From Escherichia phage vB_EcoM-S1P5QW: a DNA stretch of 64,000 nt. The position numbers and the translations under genes were made by a program. Below are positions 9,574 through 18,998 of the stretch, in pieces (the first letter of the stretch is position 1; each line of letters starts with the position of its first letter). The stretch is from sequence record OL956808.1. One strand, 5' to 3'. The notes beneath the pieces are model-generated. The model was not told where the DNA came from, did no database searches, and worked only from the letters and a program-made list of their open reading frames with translations.

Positions 9574-10457
9574 ATTTAGTATATCTTATTAGCTTTCCAG
9601 AGCGGGAAGCTAAAAATATTTTTCCGTGTTATTATATAGGTTCAAAAATTAACGCAATTTTCGATGGAACAAATATAATTGATTCAGCTGGAAAGATTTA
9701 TACTGGAAGCGTGTCATCGAGTTATAGCGATGAATATTTTGAACTTATTAAAACCACTAAATATACCGTCAAAATTTTAGCTGAAACTATATTAGATCCA
9801 AGAAAATTGGAGAGATTTTTTCAATTAAAAGTTAAAGCAAAGAGTAATATAAAATATTTTAATAAAGCATACGCAGATGAAAATACTTTAATTGGTGCTA
9901 AAGGATATGGAACATATAAAAATGTTTTAACTGGAAAAATTGTAAAGCTTTCGCAATCTGAAATTACGCCTGAGTATGTCGGTATTCGTAAAGGTTACAA
10001 ACATAGTTCTGAAGTAAAATACAAAATATCTAATTCAATGAAGAATCACTGGACCGATGAGAAAAAGCTTAAACTCTCAAATAAGATGAAATTGAAATAT
10101 CTTGATTGTAGTTATGCTAAAAAGTTTAGTGATATAATGAATTCAGAAAGTGTAAGATCAAAAATTTCTAAATCTCAAAAAGAATTATGGAATAATGCTG
10201 AAAGAAGACAGAGAGCTTCAATTCAAGCAACTGTTAGAAATAATTTACCGGAATTCAAATCAAAATTTAGAAAATCTAAAGCTAGAGGAACTTGGATTGA
10301 ACATGAAGATGAATTAAAATCTTTATGGCATGCTTACGGAAAACCAAGTTATAATAAATTTCGTAAAATTGCAGTAGCTAATGGGTTTAACGACGAATCT
10401 TATCAGGGTGCTGTACGGTCCTGGTCTAACTATTATGTAAATAGGAAATTGAAATGA
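9570..10457 (+). CDS. Free-standing GIY-YIG homing endonuclease (Seg-like)
   Basis: N-terminal VYLISF...YYIGS GIY-YIG motifs; C-terminal repeated NUMOD3-like units ([33 protein letters not shown]); ATGA overlaps with rpbA and 45. Confidence 0.8.
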   Translation: MNLVYLISFPEREAKNIFPCYYIGSKINAIFDGTNIIDSAGKIYTGSVSSSYSDEYFELIKTTKYTVKILAETILDPRKLERFFQLKVKAKSNIKYFNKAYADENTLIGAKGYGTYKNVLTGKIVKLSQSEITPEYVGIRKGYKHSSEVKYKISNSMKNHWTDEKKLKLSNKMKLKYLDCSYAKKFSDIMNSESVRSKISKSQKELWNNAERRQRASIQATVRNNLPEFKSKFRKSKARGTWIEHEDELKSLWHAYGKPSYNKFRKIAVANGFNDESYQGAVRSWSNYYVNRKLK

Positions 10458-11140
10458 AATTATCTAAAGACACACTGAATATTTTGAAAAATTTCGCTAC
10501 TATTAACTCTGGCATTATGCTTAAATCAGGTCAATTTATTATGACTCGCGCAGTTAATGGTACAACTTATGCAGAAGCAAATATTTCTGACACTATTGAT
10601 TTTGATGTAGCGATTTACGATTTGAACGGTTTTCTCGGTATTCTGTCTCTAGTTAATGATGATGCAGAAATTTCCCAGTCAGAAGATGGAAATATTAAAA
10701 TTGCTGATGCCCGCTCAACAATTTTTTGGCCAGCAGCCGATCCGAGTACAGTAGTTGCTCCTAATAAACCAATTCCATTCCCGGTAGCATCTGTTGTTAC
10801 TGAAATTAAAGCTGAAGACCTTCAACAACTGTTGCGTGTATCTCGTGGTCTGCAAATTGATACAATTGCTATCACGGTAAAAGAAGGTAAAATCGTAATT
10901 AATGGTTTTAATAAAGTAGAAGATTCTGCTCTTACCCGTGTTAAATATTCTTTGACTCTTGGTGATTATGATGGTGAAAATACATTTAATTTCATTATCA
11001 ATATGGCAAATATGAAAATGCAACCAGGAAATTATAAACTTCTGCTCTGGGCAAAAGGTAAACAAGGCGCTGCTAAATTTGAAGGTGAACACGCGAATTA
11101 TGTAGTAGCTCTTGAAGCTGATTCTACCCACGATTTTTAA
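10454..11140 (+). CDS. 45: Sliding clamp gp45
   Basis: 228 aa; [24 protein letters not shown]... matches recalled T4 gp45. Confidence 0.95.
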   Translation: MKLSKDTLNILKNFATINSGIMLKSGQFIMTRAVNGTTYAEANISDTIDFDVAIYDLNGFLGILSLVNDDAEISQSEDGNIKIADARSTIFWPAADPSTVVAPNKPIPFPVASVVTEIKAEDLQQLLRVSRGLQIDTIAITVKEGKIVINGFNKVEDSALTRVKYSLTLGDYDGENTFNFIINMANMKMQPGNYKLLLWAKGKQGAAKFEGEHANYVVALEADSTHDF

Positions 11141-11144
11141 TAGA

Positions 11145-11160
11145 GGGCTTCGGCCCTTTA
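11145..11160 (+). terminator. GGGC-UUCG-GCCC hairpin after gene 45
   Basis: Tetraloop hairpin 5 nt after stop. Confidence 0.45.
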
Positions 11161-11191
11161 TAATTTACACTAAAACTTGAATGAGGAAATT

Positions 11192-12151
11192 ATGATTACC
11201 GTAAATGAAAAAGAACACATTCTTGAACAGAAATATCGTCCATCTACTATCGATGAATGTATTCTTCCCGCCTTTGATAAAGAAACCTTTAAATCTATTA
11301 CAAGTAAAGGTAAGATTCCACATATTATTCTTCATTCTCCTTCTCCAGGAACAGGTAAAACAACTGTAGCAAAAGCATTGTGTCATGATGTAAATGCTGA
11401 TATGATGTTTGTGAATGGATCAGACTGTAAAATTGATTTCGTTCGTGGTCCTTTGACTAATTTTGCCAGCGCCGCTTCATTTGATGGTCGTCAAAAAGTA
11501 ATAGTTATTGATGAATTTGACCGCTCAGGATTAGCAGAGTCTCAGCGACATCTTCGTTCCTTTATGGAAGCTTATAGTTCAAACTGTAGTATTATTATTA
11601 CTGCTAACAATATTGATGGTATTATTAAACCGCTTCAGTCACGCTGCCGAGTTATTACGTTCGGTCAACCGACCGATGAAGATAAAATTGAAATGATGAA
11701 GCAGATGATTCGTCGATTGACTGAAATCTGCAAGCATGAAGGAATTGCTATAGCTGATATGAAAGTTGTAGCAGCTTTGGTTAAAAAGAATTTTCCTGAT
11801 TTTCGTAAAACTATTGGCGAGCTCGATAGTTATTCATCTAAAGGTGTTTTGGATGCTGGTATTTTATCACTGGTTACTAACGATCGTGGTGCTATTGATG
11901 ATGTTCTTGAGTCTCTCAAAAATAAAGATGTTAAACAACTCAGAGCTTTAGCACCAAAATATGCGGCTGATTATTCGTGGTTCGTTGGTAAACTTGCCGA
12001 AGAAATCTATACACGCGTAACTCCACAAAGTATTATTCGTATGTATGAAATTGTTGGTGAAAATAACCAGTATCACGGAATTGCGGCTAATACGGAATTA
12101 CATTTAGCATATCTTTTCATTCAATTGGCATGCGAAATGCAGTGGAAGTGA
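11192..12151 (+). CDS. 44: Clamp loader large subunit gp44 (AAA+ ATPase)
   Basis: 319 aa from ATG at 11192 ([17 protein letters not shown]...); Walker A GTGKTT; RBS GAGGAAA. Confidence 0.95.
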   Translation: MITVNEKEHILEQKYRPSTIDECILPAFDKETFKSITSKGKIPHIILHSPSPGTGKTTVAKALCHDVNADMMFVNGSDCKIDFVRGPLTNFASAASFDGRQKVIVIDEFDRSGLAESQRHLRSFMEAYSSNCSIIITANNIDGIIKPLQSRCRVITFGQPTDEDKIEMMKQMIRRLTEICKHEGIAIADMKVVAALVKKNFPDFRKTIGELDSYSSKGVLDAGILSLVTNDRGAIDDVLESLKNKDVKQLRALAPKYAADYSWFVGKLAEEIYTRVTPQSIIRMYEIVGENNQYHGIAANTELHLAYLFIQLACEMQWK

Positions 12152-12152
12152 T

Positions 12153-12716
12153 ATGAGCTTATTTGAAGATGATATTCAATTAAACGAGCATCAAGTTGCT
12201 TGGTATTCAAAAGATTGGACAGCTGTCCAATCCGCTGCTGATTCTTTTAAAGAAAAAGCTGAAAATGAATTTTTTGAAATAATTGGAGCTATTAATAATA
12301 AAACTAAATGCTCTATTGCTCAAAAAGATTATTCAAAATTCATGGTCGAAAATGCATTATCACAATTTCCAGAGTGCATGCCAGCTGTATATGCTATGAA
12401 TTTAATTGGATCAGGTTTAAGTGATGAAGCCCATTTTAATTATCTGATGGCTGCAGTTCCTCGTGGTAAAAGATATGGTAAATGGGCAAAACTGGTCGAA
12501 GATTCCACCGAAGTATTGATTATTAAGTTACTTGCTAAGCGGTATCAAGTTAATACAAATGATGCAATTAACTATAAATCAATTCTTACTAAAAATGGAA
12601 AACTACCTTTAGTATTAAAAGAACTTAAAGGATTAGTCACGGATGATTTTTTAAAAGAAGTGACTAAGAACGTAAAAGAACAGAAACAACTCAAAAAACT
12701 AGCATTGGAATGGTAA
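12153..12716 (+). CDS. 62: Clamp loader small subunit gp62
   Basis: 187 aa; directly downstream of 44. Confidence 0.93.
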   Translation: MSLFEDDIQLNEHQVAWYSKDWTAVQSAADSFKEKAENEFFEIIGAINNKTKCSIAQKDYSKFMVENALSQFPECMPAVYAMNLIGSGLSDEAHFNYLMAAVPRGKRYGKWAKLVEDSTEVLIIKLLAKRYQVNTNDAINYKSILTKNGKLPLVLKELKGLVTDDFLKEVTKNVKEQKQLKKLALEW

Positions 12717-12717
12717 A

Positions 12718-13086
12718 ATGATTGAAATTACTCTTAAAAAACCTGAAGATTTTCTGAAAGTAAAAGAAACTTTGACTCGTATGGGAATTGCTAATAATAA
12801 AGATAAAGTTCTGTATCAGTCCTGTCATATTCTTCAGAAAAAAGGACTATACTATATCGTTCATTTTAAAGAAATGCTTCGTATGGATGGCCGGCAAGTT
12901 GAAATGACAGAAGAAGATGAAGTTCGTCGTGATTCGATTGCATGGCTGTTAGAAGATTGGGGACTGATTGAAATCGTTCCTGGACAAAGAACTTTTATGA
13001 AAGATTTAACTAATAACTTCCGAGTTATTTCTTTTAAACAAAAACATGAATGGAAACTCGTTCCTAAATATACGATTGGTAATTAA
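12718..13086 (+). CDS. regA: Translational repressor RegA
   Basis: 122 aa; synteny 62-regA-43. Confidence 0.93.
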   Translation: MIEITLKKPEDFLKVKETLTRMGIANNKDKVLYQSCHILQKKGLYYIVHFKEMLRMDGRQVEMTEEDEVRRDSIAWLLEDWGLIEIVPGQRTFMKDLTNNFRVISFKQKHEWKLVPKYTIGN

Positions 13087-13096
13087 GGTAAATTAT

Positions 13097-13333
13097 ATGA
13101 CACAATCAGAGATTCAGTTTACCGAAGCTTTTCTAATATTCGAAAATCTAAAACAAACATATGGTCTGTCTTCTACTCAACTGGTTTTTGACCTCCCGGA
13201 AGATAAACAAATAGAATTCCAAAAAGAATTCCAACGATTAGTTTACCCACGCCAACGCGCATTTCATGCGATTATCAAAACCACAAATAAAGATGGCAAG
13301 TCCGTTATATCGCGTCGTACAATAGAAATTTAA
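13097..13333 (+). CDS. Hypothetical protein (78 aa; internal start of track ORF 13046..13333)
   Basis: ORF between regA and 43, followed by UUCG hairpin at 13340..13358. Confidence 0.45.
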   Translation: MTQSEIQFTEAFLIFENLKQTYGLSSTQLVFDLPEDKQIEFQKEFQRLVYPRQRAFHAIIKTTNKDGKSVISRRTIEI

Positions 13334-13377
13334 AGCAAAGGGGCTTCGGCCCCTTATTTGGAGTATAATATATCAAG

Positions 13378-13413
13378 AGCCTAATAACTCGGGCTATAAA
13401 CTAAGGAATATCT
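13378..13413 (+). promoter_or_regulatory. gp43 translational operator: hairpin AGCCU-AAUAACUC-GGGCU plus RBS
   Basis: 5-bp stem with 8-nt loop AAUAACUC immediately 5' of AAGGA and the gene 43 ATG; matches the classical T4 DNA polymerase autoregulatory RNA site. Confidence 0.65.
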
Positions 13414-16110
13414 ATGAAAGAATTTTATATCTCTATCGAAACAGTCGGAAATAATATTGTTGAACGTTATATTGATGAAAACGGAAAGGAACGTACTCGT
13501 GAAGTAGAATATCTTCCGACTATGTTTAGGCATTGTAAGGAAGAGTCAAAATACAAAGACATCTATGGTAAAAACTGCGCTCCTCAAAAATTTCCATCAA
13601 TGAAAGATGCTCGAGATTGGATGAAGCGAATGGAAGACATCGGTCTCGAAGCTCTCGGTATGAACGATTTTAAACTCGCTTATATCAGTGATACGTATGG
13701 TTCAGAAATTGTTTATGACCGAAAATTTGTTCGTGTAGCTAACTGTGACATTGAGGTTACTGGTGATAAATTTCCTGACCCAATGAAAGCTGAATATGAA
13801 ATTGATGCTATCACTCATTACGATTCAATTGATGATCGTTTTTATGTTTTCGACCTTTTGAATTCAATGTACGGTTCAGTATCAAAATGGGATGCAAAGT
13901 TAGCTGCTAAGCTTGACTGTGAAGGTGGTGATGAAGTTCCTCAAGAAATTCTTGACCGAGTAATTTATATGCCATTCGATAATGAGCGTGATATGCTCAT
14001 GGAATATATCAATCTCTGGGAACAGAAACGACCTGCTATTTTTACTGGTTGGAATATTGAGGGATTTGACGTTCCGTATATCATGAATCGCGTTAAAATG
14101 GTTCTCGGTGAACGTAGTATGAAACGCTTCTCTCCAATCGGTCGAGTAAAATCTAAACTAATTCAAAATATGTACGGCAGCAAAGAAATTTATTCTATTG
14201 ATGGCGTATCTATTCTTGATTATTTAGATTTGTATAAGAAATTCGCATTTACTAATTTGCCGTCATTCTCTTTGGAATCAGTTGCTCAGCATGAAACCAA
14301 AAAGGGTAAATTACCATACGACGGTCCTATTAATAAACTTCGTGAGACTAATCATCAACGATACATTAGTTATAACATCATTGACGTAGAATCAGTTCAA
14401 GCAATTGATAAAATTCGCGGGTTTATCGATCTAGTTTTAAGTATGTCTTATTACGCTAAAATGCCTTTTTCCGGTGTAATGAGTCCTATTAAAACTTGGG
14501 ATGCTATTATTTTTAACTCATTGAAAAGTGAACATAAGGTTATTCCTCAACAAGGTTCGCACGTTAAACAAAGTTTTCCGGGTGCATTTGTATTTGAACC
14601 TAAACCGATTGCTCGTCGATACATTATGAGTTTTGACTTGACGTCTCTGTATCCTAGCATTATTCGTCAGGTTAACATTAGTCCTGAGACTATTCGTGGG
14701 CAGTTTAAAGTTCATCCAATTCATGAATATATCGCAGGAACAGCTCCTAAACCGAGTGATGAATATTCTTGTTCTCCGAATGGATGGATGTACGATAAGC
14801 ATCAAGAAGGTATCATTCCAAAGGAAATCGCTAAAGTATTTTTCCAGCGTAAAGATTGGAAAAAGAAAATGTTCGCTGAAGAAATGAATGCCGAAGCTAT
14901 TAAAAAGATTATTATGAAAGGCGCAGGGTCTTGTTCAACTAAACCTGAAGTTGAACGATATGTTAAGTTCAGTGATGATTTCTTAAATGAACTATCGAAT
15001 TATACTGAATCTGTTCTCAATAGTTTGATTGAAGAATGTGAAAAAGCAGCTACACTTGCTAATACAAATCAGCTGAACCGTAAAATTCTTATTAACAGCC
15101 TTTACGGTGCTCTTGGTAATATTCATTTCCGTTACTATGATTTGCGAAATGCTACTGCTATCACAATTTTTGGTCAAGTTGGTATTCAGTGGATTGCTCG
15201 TAAAATTAATGAGTATCTGAATAAAGTATGTGGAACTAATGGCGAAGATTTCATCGCAGCAGGTGATACTGATTCGGTATATGTTTGTGTAGATAAAGTT
15301 ATTGAAAAAGTAGGTCTTGACCGATTCAAAGAGCAGAACGATTTGGTTGAATTTATGAATCAGTTCGGTAAGAAAAAGATGGAACCTATGATTGATGTTG
15401 CATATCGTGAGTTATGTGATTATATGAATAACCGCGAGCATCTGATGCATATGGACCGTGAAGCTATTTCTTGCCCTCCGCTTGGTTCAAAGGGTGTTGG
15501 TGGATTTTGGAAAGCGAAAAAGCGTTATGCTCTGAACGTTTATGATATGGAAGATAAGCGTTTTGCTGAACCACATCTAAAAATCATGGGTATGGAAACT
15601 CAGCAGAGTTCAACGCCTAAAGCGGTCCAAGAAGCTCTCGAAGAAAGTATTCGTCGTATTCTTCAGGAAGGTGAAGAGTCTGTCCAAGAATATTACAAGA
15701 ACTTCGAGAAAGAATATCGTCAACTTGACTATAAAGTTATTGCTGAAGTAAAAACTGCGAACGATATAGCGAAATATGATGATAAAGGTTGGCCAGGATT
15801 TAAATGCCCGTTCCATATTCGTGGGGTGCTAACTTATCGTCGAGCTGTTAATGGTCTGGGTGTAGCTCCAATTTTGGATGGAAATAAAGTAATGGTTCTT
15901 CCATTACGTGAAGGAAATCCATTTGGTGACAAGTGTATTGCTTGGCCGTCGGGCACAGAACTTCCAAAAGAAATTCGTTCTGACGTACTGTCTTGGATTG
16001 ACTACTCAACTTTGTTCCAAAAATCGTTTGTTAAACCGCTTGCAGGCATGTGTGAATCGGCTGGTATGGACTATGAAGAAAAAGCTTCGTTAGACTTCCT
16101 GTTTGGCTGA
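13414..16110 (+). CDS. 43: DNA polymerase gp43 (family B)
   Basis: 898 aa; exo motifs and polymerase motifs (DTDS, YGDTDS-like); matches recalled T4 gp43. Confidence 0.97.
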   Translation: MKEFYISIETVGNNIVERYIDENGKERTREVEYLPTMFRHCKEESKYKDIYGKNCAPQKFPSMKDARDWMKRMEDIGLEALGMNDFKLAYISDTYGSEIVYDRKFVRVANCDIEVTGDKFPDPMKAEYEIDAITHYDSIDDRFYVFDLLNSMYGSVSKWDAKLAAKLDCEGGDEVPQEILDRVIYMPFDNERDMLMEYINLWEQKRPAIFTGWNIEGFDVPYIMNRVKMVLGERSMKRFSPIGRVKSKLIQNMYGSKEIYSIDGVSILDYLDLYKKFAFTNLPSFSLESVAQHETKKGKLPYDGPINKLRETNHQRYISYNIIDVESVQAIDKIRGFIDLVLSMSYYAKMPFSGVMSPIKTWDAIIFNSLKSEHKVIPQQGSHVKQSFPGAFVFEPKPIARRYIMSFDLTSLYPSIIRQVNISPETIRGQFKVHPIHEYIAGTAPKPSDEYSCSPNGWMYDKHQEGIIPKEIAKVFFQRKDWKKKMFAEEMNAEAIKKIIMKGAGSCSTKPEVERYVKFSDDFLNELSNYTESVLNSLIEECEKAATLANTNQLNRKILINSLYGALGNIHFRYYDLRNATAITIFGQVGIQWIARKINEYLNKVCGTNGEDFIAAGDTDSVYVCVDKVIEKVGLDRFKEQNDLVEFMNQFGKKKMEPMIDVAYRELCDYMNNREHLMHMDREAISCPPLGSKGVGGFWKAKKRYALNVYDMEDKRFAEPHLKIMGMETQQSSTPKAVQEALEESIRRILQEGEESVQEYYKNFEKEYRQLDYKVIAEVKTANDIAKYDDKGWPGFKCPFHIRGVLTYRRAVNGLGVAPILDGNKVMVLPLREGNPFGDKCIAWPSGTELPKEIRSDVLSWIDYSTLFQKSFVKPLAGMCESAGMDYEEKASLDFLFG

Positions 16111-16123
16111 TAGAATAAATCTA

Positions 16124-16145
16124 GGGACCTCCGGGTCCCTTTTTC
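16124..16145 (+). terminator. GGGACC-UCCG-GGUCCC hairpin plus T5
   Basis: Strong hairpin 14 nt after gene 43 stop. Confidence 0.6.
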
Positions 16146-16209
16146 ATACAAGTAATATAAATCTATACTTATGAAAAACAGATGATTCTGGACCTTTAGA
16201 ATTCCCTAA

Positions 16210-16262
16210 AAAAATTTCACAAAACTGTTTACAAGACTGTTCTTCCATGGTACTATACAACT
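16210..16262 (+). promoter_or_regulatory. T4-type early promoter (-35 GTTTACA, -10 TACTAT)
   Basis: TTTCACAAAACTGTTTACAAGACTGTTCTTCCATGGTACTATACAA; near-identical module recurs at 43940..44002. Confidence 0.55.
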
Positions 16263-16284
16263 ATCAACTACGGAGGAACACAAA

Positions 16285-16536
16285 ATGAAAAATATTCAAA
16301 CTAATTTTATTCAAAATTTAAAAGTTGTTAACGCAGAAAAAGCTAATAAACTCTTTAAAGTTAAAGAATTTGAAAATGAAGGTAACACTTACGGTATTAT
16401 AGAACAAAATGGAATGGTTACTGGATTAGAAATTTATAATGGTAAAGGAAAATTTCAGTCACAGCCAATTTCTGTTATGGGTGTAAGAAAAGGAATTAAA
16501 ACTGAAGATGCTTTAAAGTTATTTGTTAAGTTTTAA
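16285..16536 (+). CDS. Hypothetical protein (83 aa)
   Basis: ORF with RBS GGAGGAAC downstream of early promoter. Confidence 0.6.
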   Translation: MKNIQTNFIQNLKVVNAEKANKLFKVKEFENEGNTYGIIEQNGMVTGLEIYNGKGKFQSQPISVMGVRKGIKTEDALKLFVKF

Positions 16537-16548
16537 GAGGAAATTATT

Positions 16549-16929
16549 ATGAAAATCGCTATTTTGGTTATTGCATTAGGTCTTACTGGTTGTGTGGCTC
16601 AAGGACCGGTAGTAAATCAGTCTGATGTAGGAAAAATTGTAAACTGTTCAAGCAAGTTTTATAATCCTAATGTCAAGTGTTATAAAGAAGCTCCAAAGCA
16701 AACAGTAGAACAAATGCAGGCGAATTTTGACGAAGCTATTCGTCCAGATGAATCTGCTCAAGCATATCGTAATTCGGATGTAATTACACGCGAAGAAAAA
16801 ATTGAAAACTACTGCGCCGAGCTTTGGGCTAATTGGGCTAATAATTACCAATGGCGTACCGGTAAAAATGCTCCGATGGAGTATGTAGTGAATTCTTATA
16901 ATTCATGCGTAAAAAATTTGACTAAGTGA
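16549..16929 (+). CDS. Predicted lipoprotein (126 aa)
   Basis: Signal peptide MKIAILVIALGLTGC with lipobox LTG-C; four further Cys; adjacent to imm. Confidence 0.6.
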   Translation: MKIAILVIALGLTGCVAQGPVVNQSDVGKIVNCSSKFYNPNVKCYKEAPKQTVEQMQANFDEAIRPDESAQAYRNSDVITREEKIENYCAELWANWANNYQWRTGKNAPMEYVVNSYNSCVKNLTK

Positions 16930-16936
16930 GGAAAAC

Positions 16937-17188
16937 ATGGAAACTTTAGTAGCAGGTTCAATTTTTATGGTTTTAGTTTCAGGCGTGTTGGCTATTATTA
17001 TATACATGCTTCCATGGTTTATCGCCTTGATGCGTGGGTCAAAATCGACAGTAGGAATCTTTTTCACGTCTTTACTGTTTAACTGGTCAATTATTGGTTG
17101 GTTTATTACATTTATTTGGTCAATTGCGGGTGAAACTAAAAAGTCTGCACAGCCAAATCAGGTAATTATCATCAGAGAGAAGGAATGA
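16937..17188 (+). CDS. imm: Superinfection immunity membrane protein Imm (probable)
   Basis: 83 aa, two TM segments, position between 43 and 42 as in T4. Confidence 0.65.
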   Translation: METLVAGSIFMVLVSGVLAIIIYMLPWFIALMRGSKSTVGIFFTSLLFNWSIIGWFITFIWSIAGETKKSAQPNQVIIIREKE

Positions 17189-17334
17189 AAAGCAAAATTA
17201 TAGCAGTGTTGCTTTTAATCTTGATGATTATAATAAGTATATACTATAGTGTAACGGTTCCTCTTATGATTCCAACTATTATTTTAGGTTGGAGCTTATT
17301 ACTGTTACAAGTTAAATATGAATGTATCAATTGA
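17185..17334 (+). CDS. Small membrane protein (49 aa), not in ORF track
   Basis: ATGA overlap with imm; hydrophobic sequence MKSKIIAVLLLILMIIISIYY... Confidence 0.45.
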   Translation: MKSKIIAVLLLILMIIISIYYSVTVPLMIPTIILGWSLLLLQVKYECIN

Positions 17335-17341
17335 GGTTTAA

Positions 17342-18082
17342 ATGATTAGTGACTCTATGACAGTTGAAGAAATCCGTCTTCATTTGGGGCTTGCATTAAA
17401 GGAAAAAGATTTCGTAGTTGATAAAACTGGTGTTAAAACTGTTGAAATTATTGGCGCATCATTTGTAGCAGATGAACCCTTTATTTTTGGCGCTCTTAAT
17501 GATGAATACATTCAGCGTGAACTTGAATGGTACAAGTCTCAAAGTCTGTTTGTTAAAGATATTCCAGGTGAAACACCAAAGATTTGGCAGCAGGTAGCAT
17601 CTTCTAAAGGCGAAATTAACTCGAATTATGGTTGGGCTATTTGGTCAGAAGATAACTATGCCCAGTATGATATGTGTTTAGCTGAACTTGGTCAAAATCC
17701 TGATTCTCGACGTGGTATCATGATTTATACTCGTCCATCTATGCAGTTTGACTATAATAAAGATGGTATGTCAGATTTCATGTGCACGAATACAGTACAG
17801 TACCTGATTCGTGACAAGAAAGTCAATGCAGTAGTAAGCATGCGCTCAAATGACGTGGTCTTCGGATTCCGTAATGATTATGCATGGCAAAAATACGTAT
17901 TAGATAAATTAGTATCTGATTTGAATGCAGGCGATTCAACTCGTCAGTATAAAGCAGGTTCTATTATATGGAATGTTGGAAGTCTTCATGTATATTCTCG
18001 TCATTTTTACTTGGTTGATCATTGGTGGAATACTGGCGAAACTCATATTGTGAAAAAAGACTATAAAGGTGAGTGGAAATGA
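17342..18082 (+). CDS. 42: dCMP hydroxymethylase gp42
   Basis: 246 aa; matches recalled T4 gp42 throughout. Confidence 0.95.
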   Translation: MISDSMTVEEIRLHLGLALKEKDFVVDKTGVKTVEIIGASFVADEPFIFGALNDEYIQRELEWYKSQSLFVKDIPGETPKIWQQVASSKGEINSNYGWAIWSEDNYAQYDMCLAELGQNPDSRRGIMIYTRPSMQFDYNKDGMSDFMCTNTVQYLIRDKKVNAVVSMRSNDVVFGFRNDYAWQKYVLDKLVSDLNAGDSTRQYKAGSIIWNVGSLHVYSRHFYLVDHWWNTGETHIVKKDYKGEWK

Positions 18083-18921
18083 TTCAATTCGTAATTCCAA
18101 GTTATCAACGTGTCGGGGCAGTTTCTGCCCTTGATATGTTTCCGACTGATTATGAACCGCATATTGTAGTGCGTGAACACGAAGAAAAAGCTTATTATGA
18201 TGCTTATGGGTCTAGAGCTAAAATTATAACTATTCCTGATGATGTAAACGGAATTGCCGGTACTCGTAAAGCAATTACTGATATGTATGCAGGTCAACGA
18301 ATTTGGATGATTGACGATGATACTACTATTCGTATGAGTTCAATGCGAAAAAGAGATGACCGTCGTTGTGTGGATAAAGTCAATCAATTGACTCATGAAC
18401 AGTTCTATGAATTGATTCAATATGTTGAGGATGCCATGGATTGTGGGTATTATCATGGCCATGCTCGTCTACCTATTTTTAAAATTACTTCATCTTGGGG
18501 CAATTATCGTGAAAATTCATATGGATTCACGAATACATGGTATGACCTCGGAAAACTTACTACAGAACAAATTGGGTATGGAAAAATTGATTTATGCGAA
18601 GATATGTATGCATTTCTCAATTTAATTAGTCAAGGTTATCCGCATTTGGCCTTGTTCAAATATCTGGTTGTATCTGGAAAAGCACAAGCTCCTGGCGGGT
18701 GTAGTTCAATTCGTAGTAATTCTAAACATAATAGAGCGCTTGAGCAAATCAATAGAGAGTTTCCAGAGCAAGCTCGTTGGAAAACTTCTAATATTGAAAA
18801 ACGAAAATCGTTGGGTGAAGAAGACGAGCCATTAAAGGTTCTTCGCATGTGTGTTTCACGTAAAGAAAAATCAGAAGCATTTCATAAGTTTAATGCTATT
18901 CATCCAATAGCAGTTGATTAA
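18073..18921 (+). CDS. Glycosyltransferase with DxD motif occupying the T4 beta-gt locus; candidate beta-1,6-glucosyl-alpha-glucose transferase (T2/T6 type)
   Basis: 282 aa, WMIDDDTT DxD motif; lies between 42 and uvsX where T4 carries the unrelated 351-aa beta-gt. Confidence 0.55.
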   Translation: MEMIQFVIPSYQRVGAVSALDMFPTDYEPHIVVREHEEKAYYDAYGSRAKIITIPDDVNGIAGTRKAITDMYAGQRIWMIDDDTTIRMSSMRKRDDRRCVDKVNQLTHEQFYELIQYVEDAMDCGYYHGHARLPIFKITSSWGNYRENSYGFTNTWYDLGKLTTEQIGYGKIDLCEDMYAFLNLISQGYPHLALFKYLVVSGKAQAPGGCSSIRSNSKHNRALEQINREFPEQARWKTSNIEKRKSLGEEDEPLKVLRMCVSRKEKSEAFHKFNAIHPIAVD

Positions 18922-18945
18922 TGCCTAAATTTATTGTGTTATAAT
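18922..18945 (+). promoter_or_regulatory. Possible MotA-dependent middle promoter upstream of uvsX (MotA-like box TGCCTAA, -10 TATAAT)
   Basis: TGCNT-type box about 11 bp upstream of TATAAT. Confidence 0.35.
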
Positions 18946-18998
18946 TACTCTATCTTTAACCAGTGAGGAAAATATAATGATGCCTATGGAAAAAATGA

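Noticed and set aside
10715-11386. - strand ORFs 10715..11131 and 11165..11386 antisense to genes 45 and 44
   Set aside because: Antisense to highly conserved replication genes; no RBS.
14518-15816. Several - strand ORFs (14518..14805, 14992..15177, 15610..15816) and a + strand alt-frame ORF inside gene 43
   Set aside because: Lie within the DNA polymerase coding region; AT-rich antisense ORFs expected by chance.
16141-16170. Late-promoter-like TATAAATC downstream of gene 43
   Set aside because: 7 of 8 match only; last position differs from the consensus and no late gene follows on this strand.
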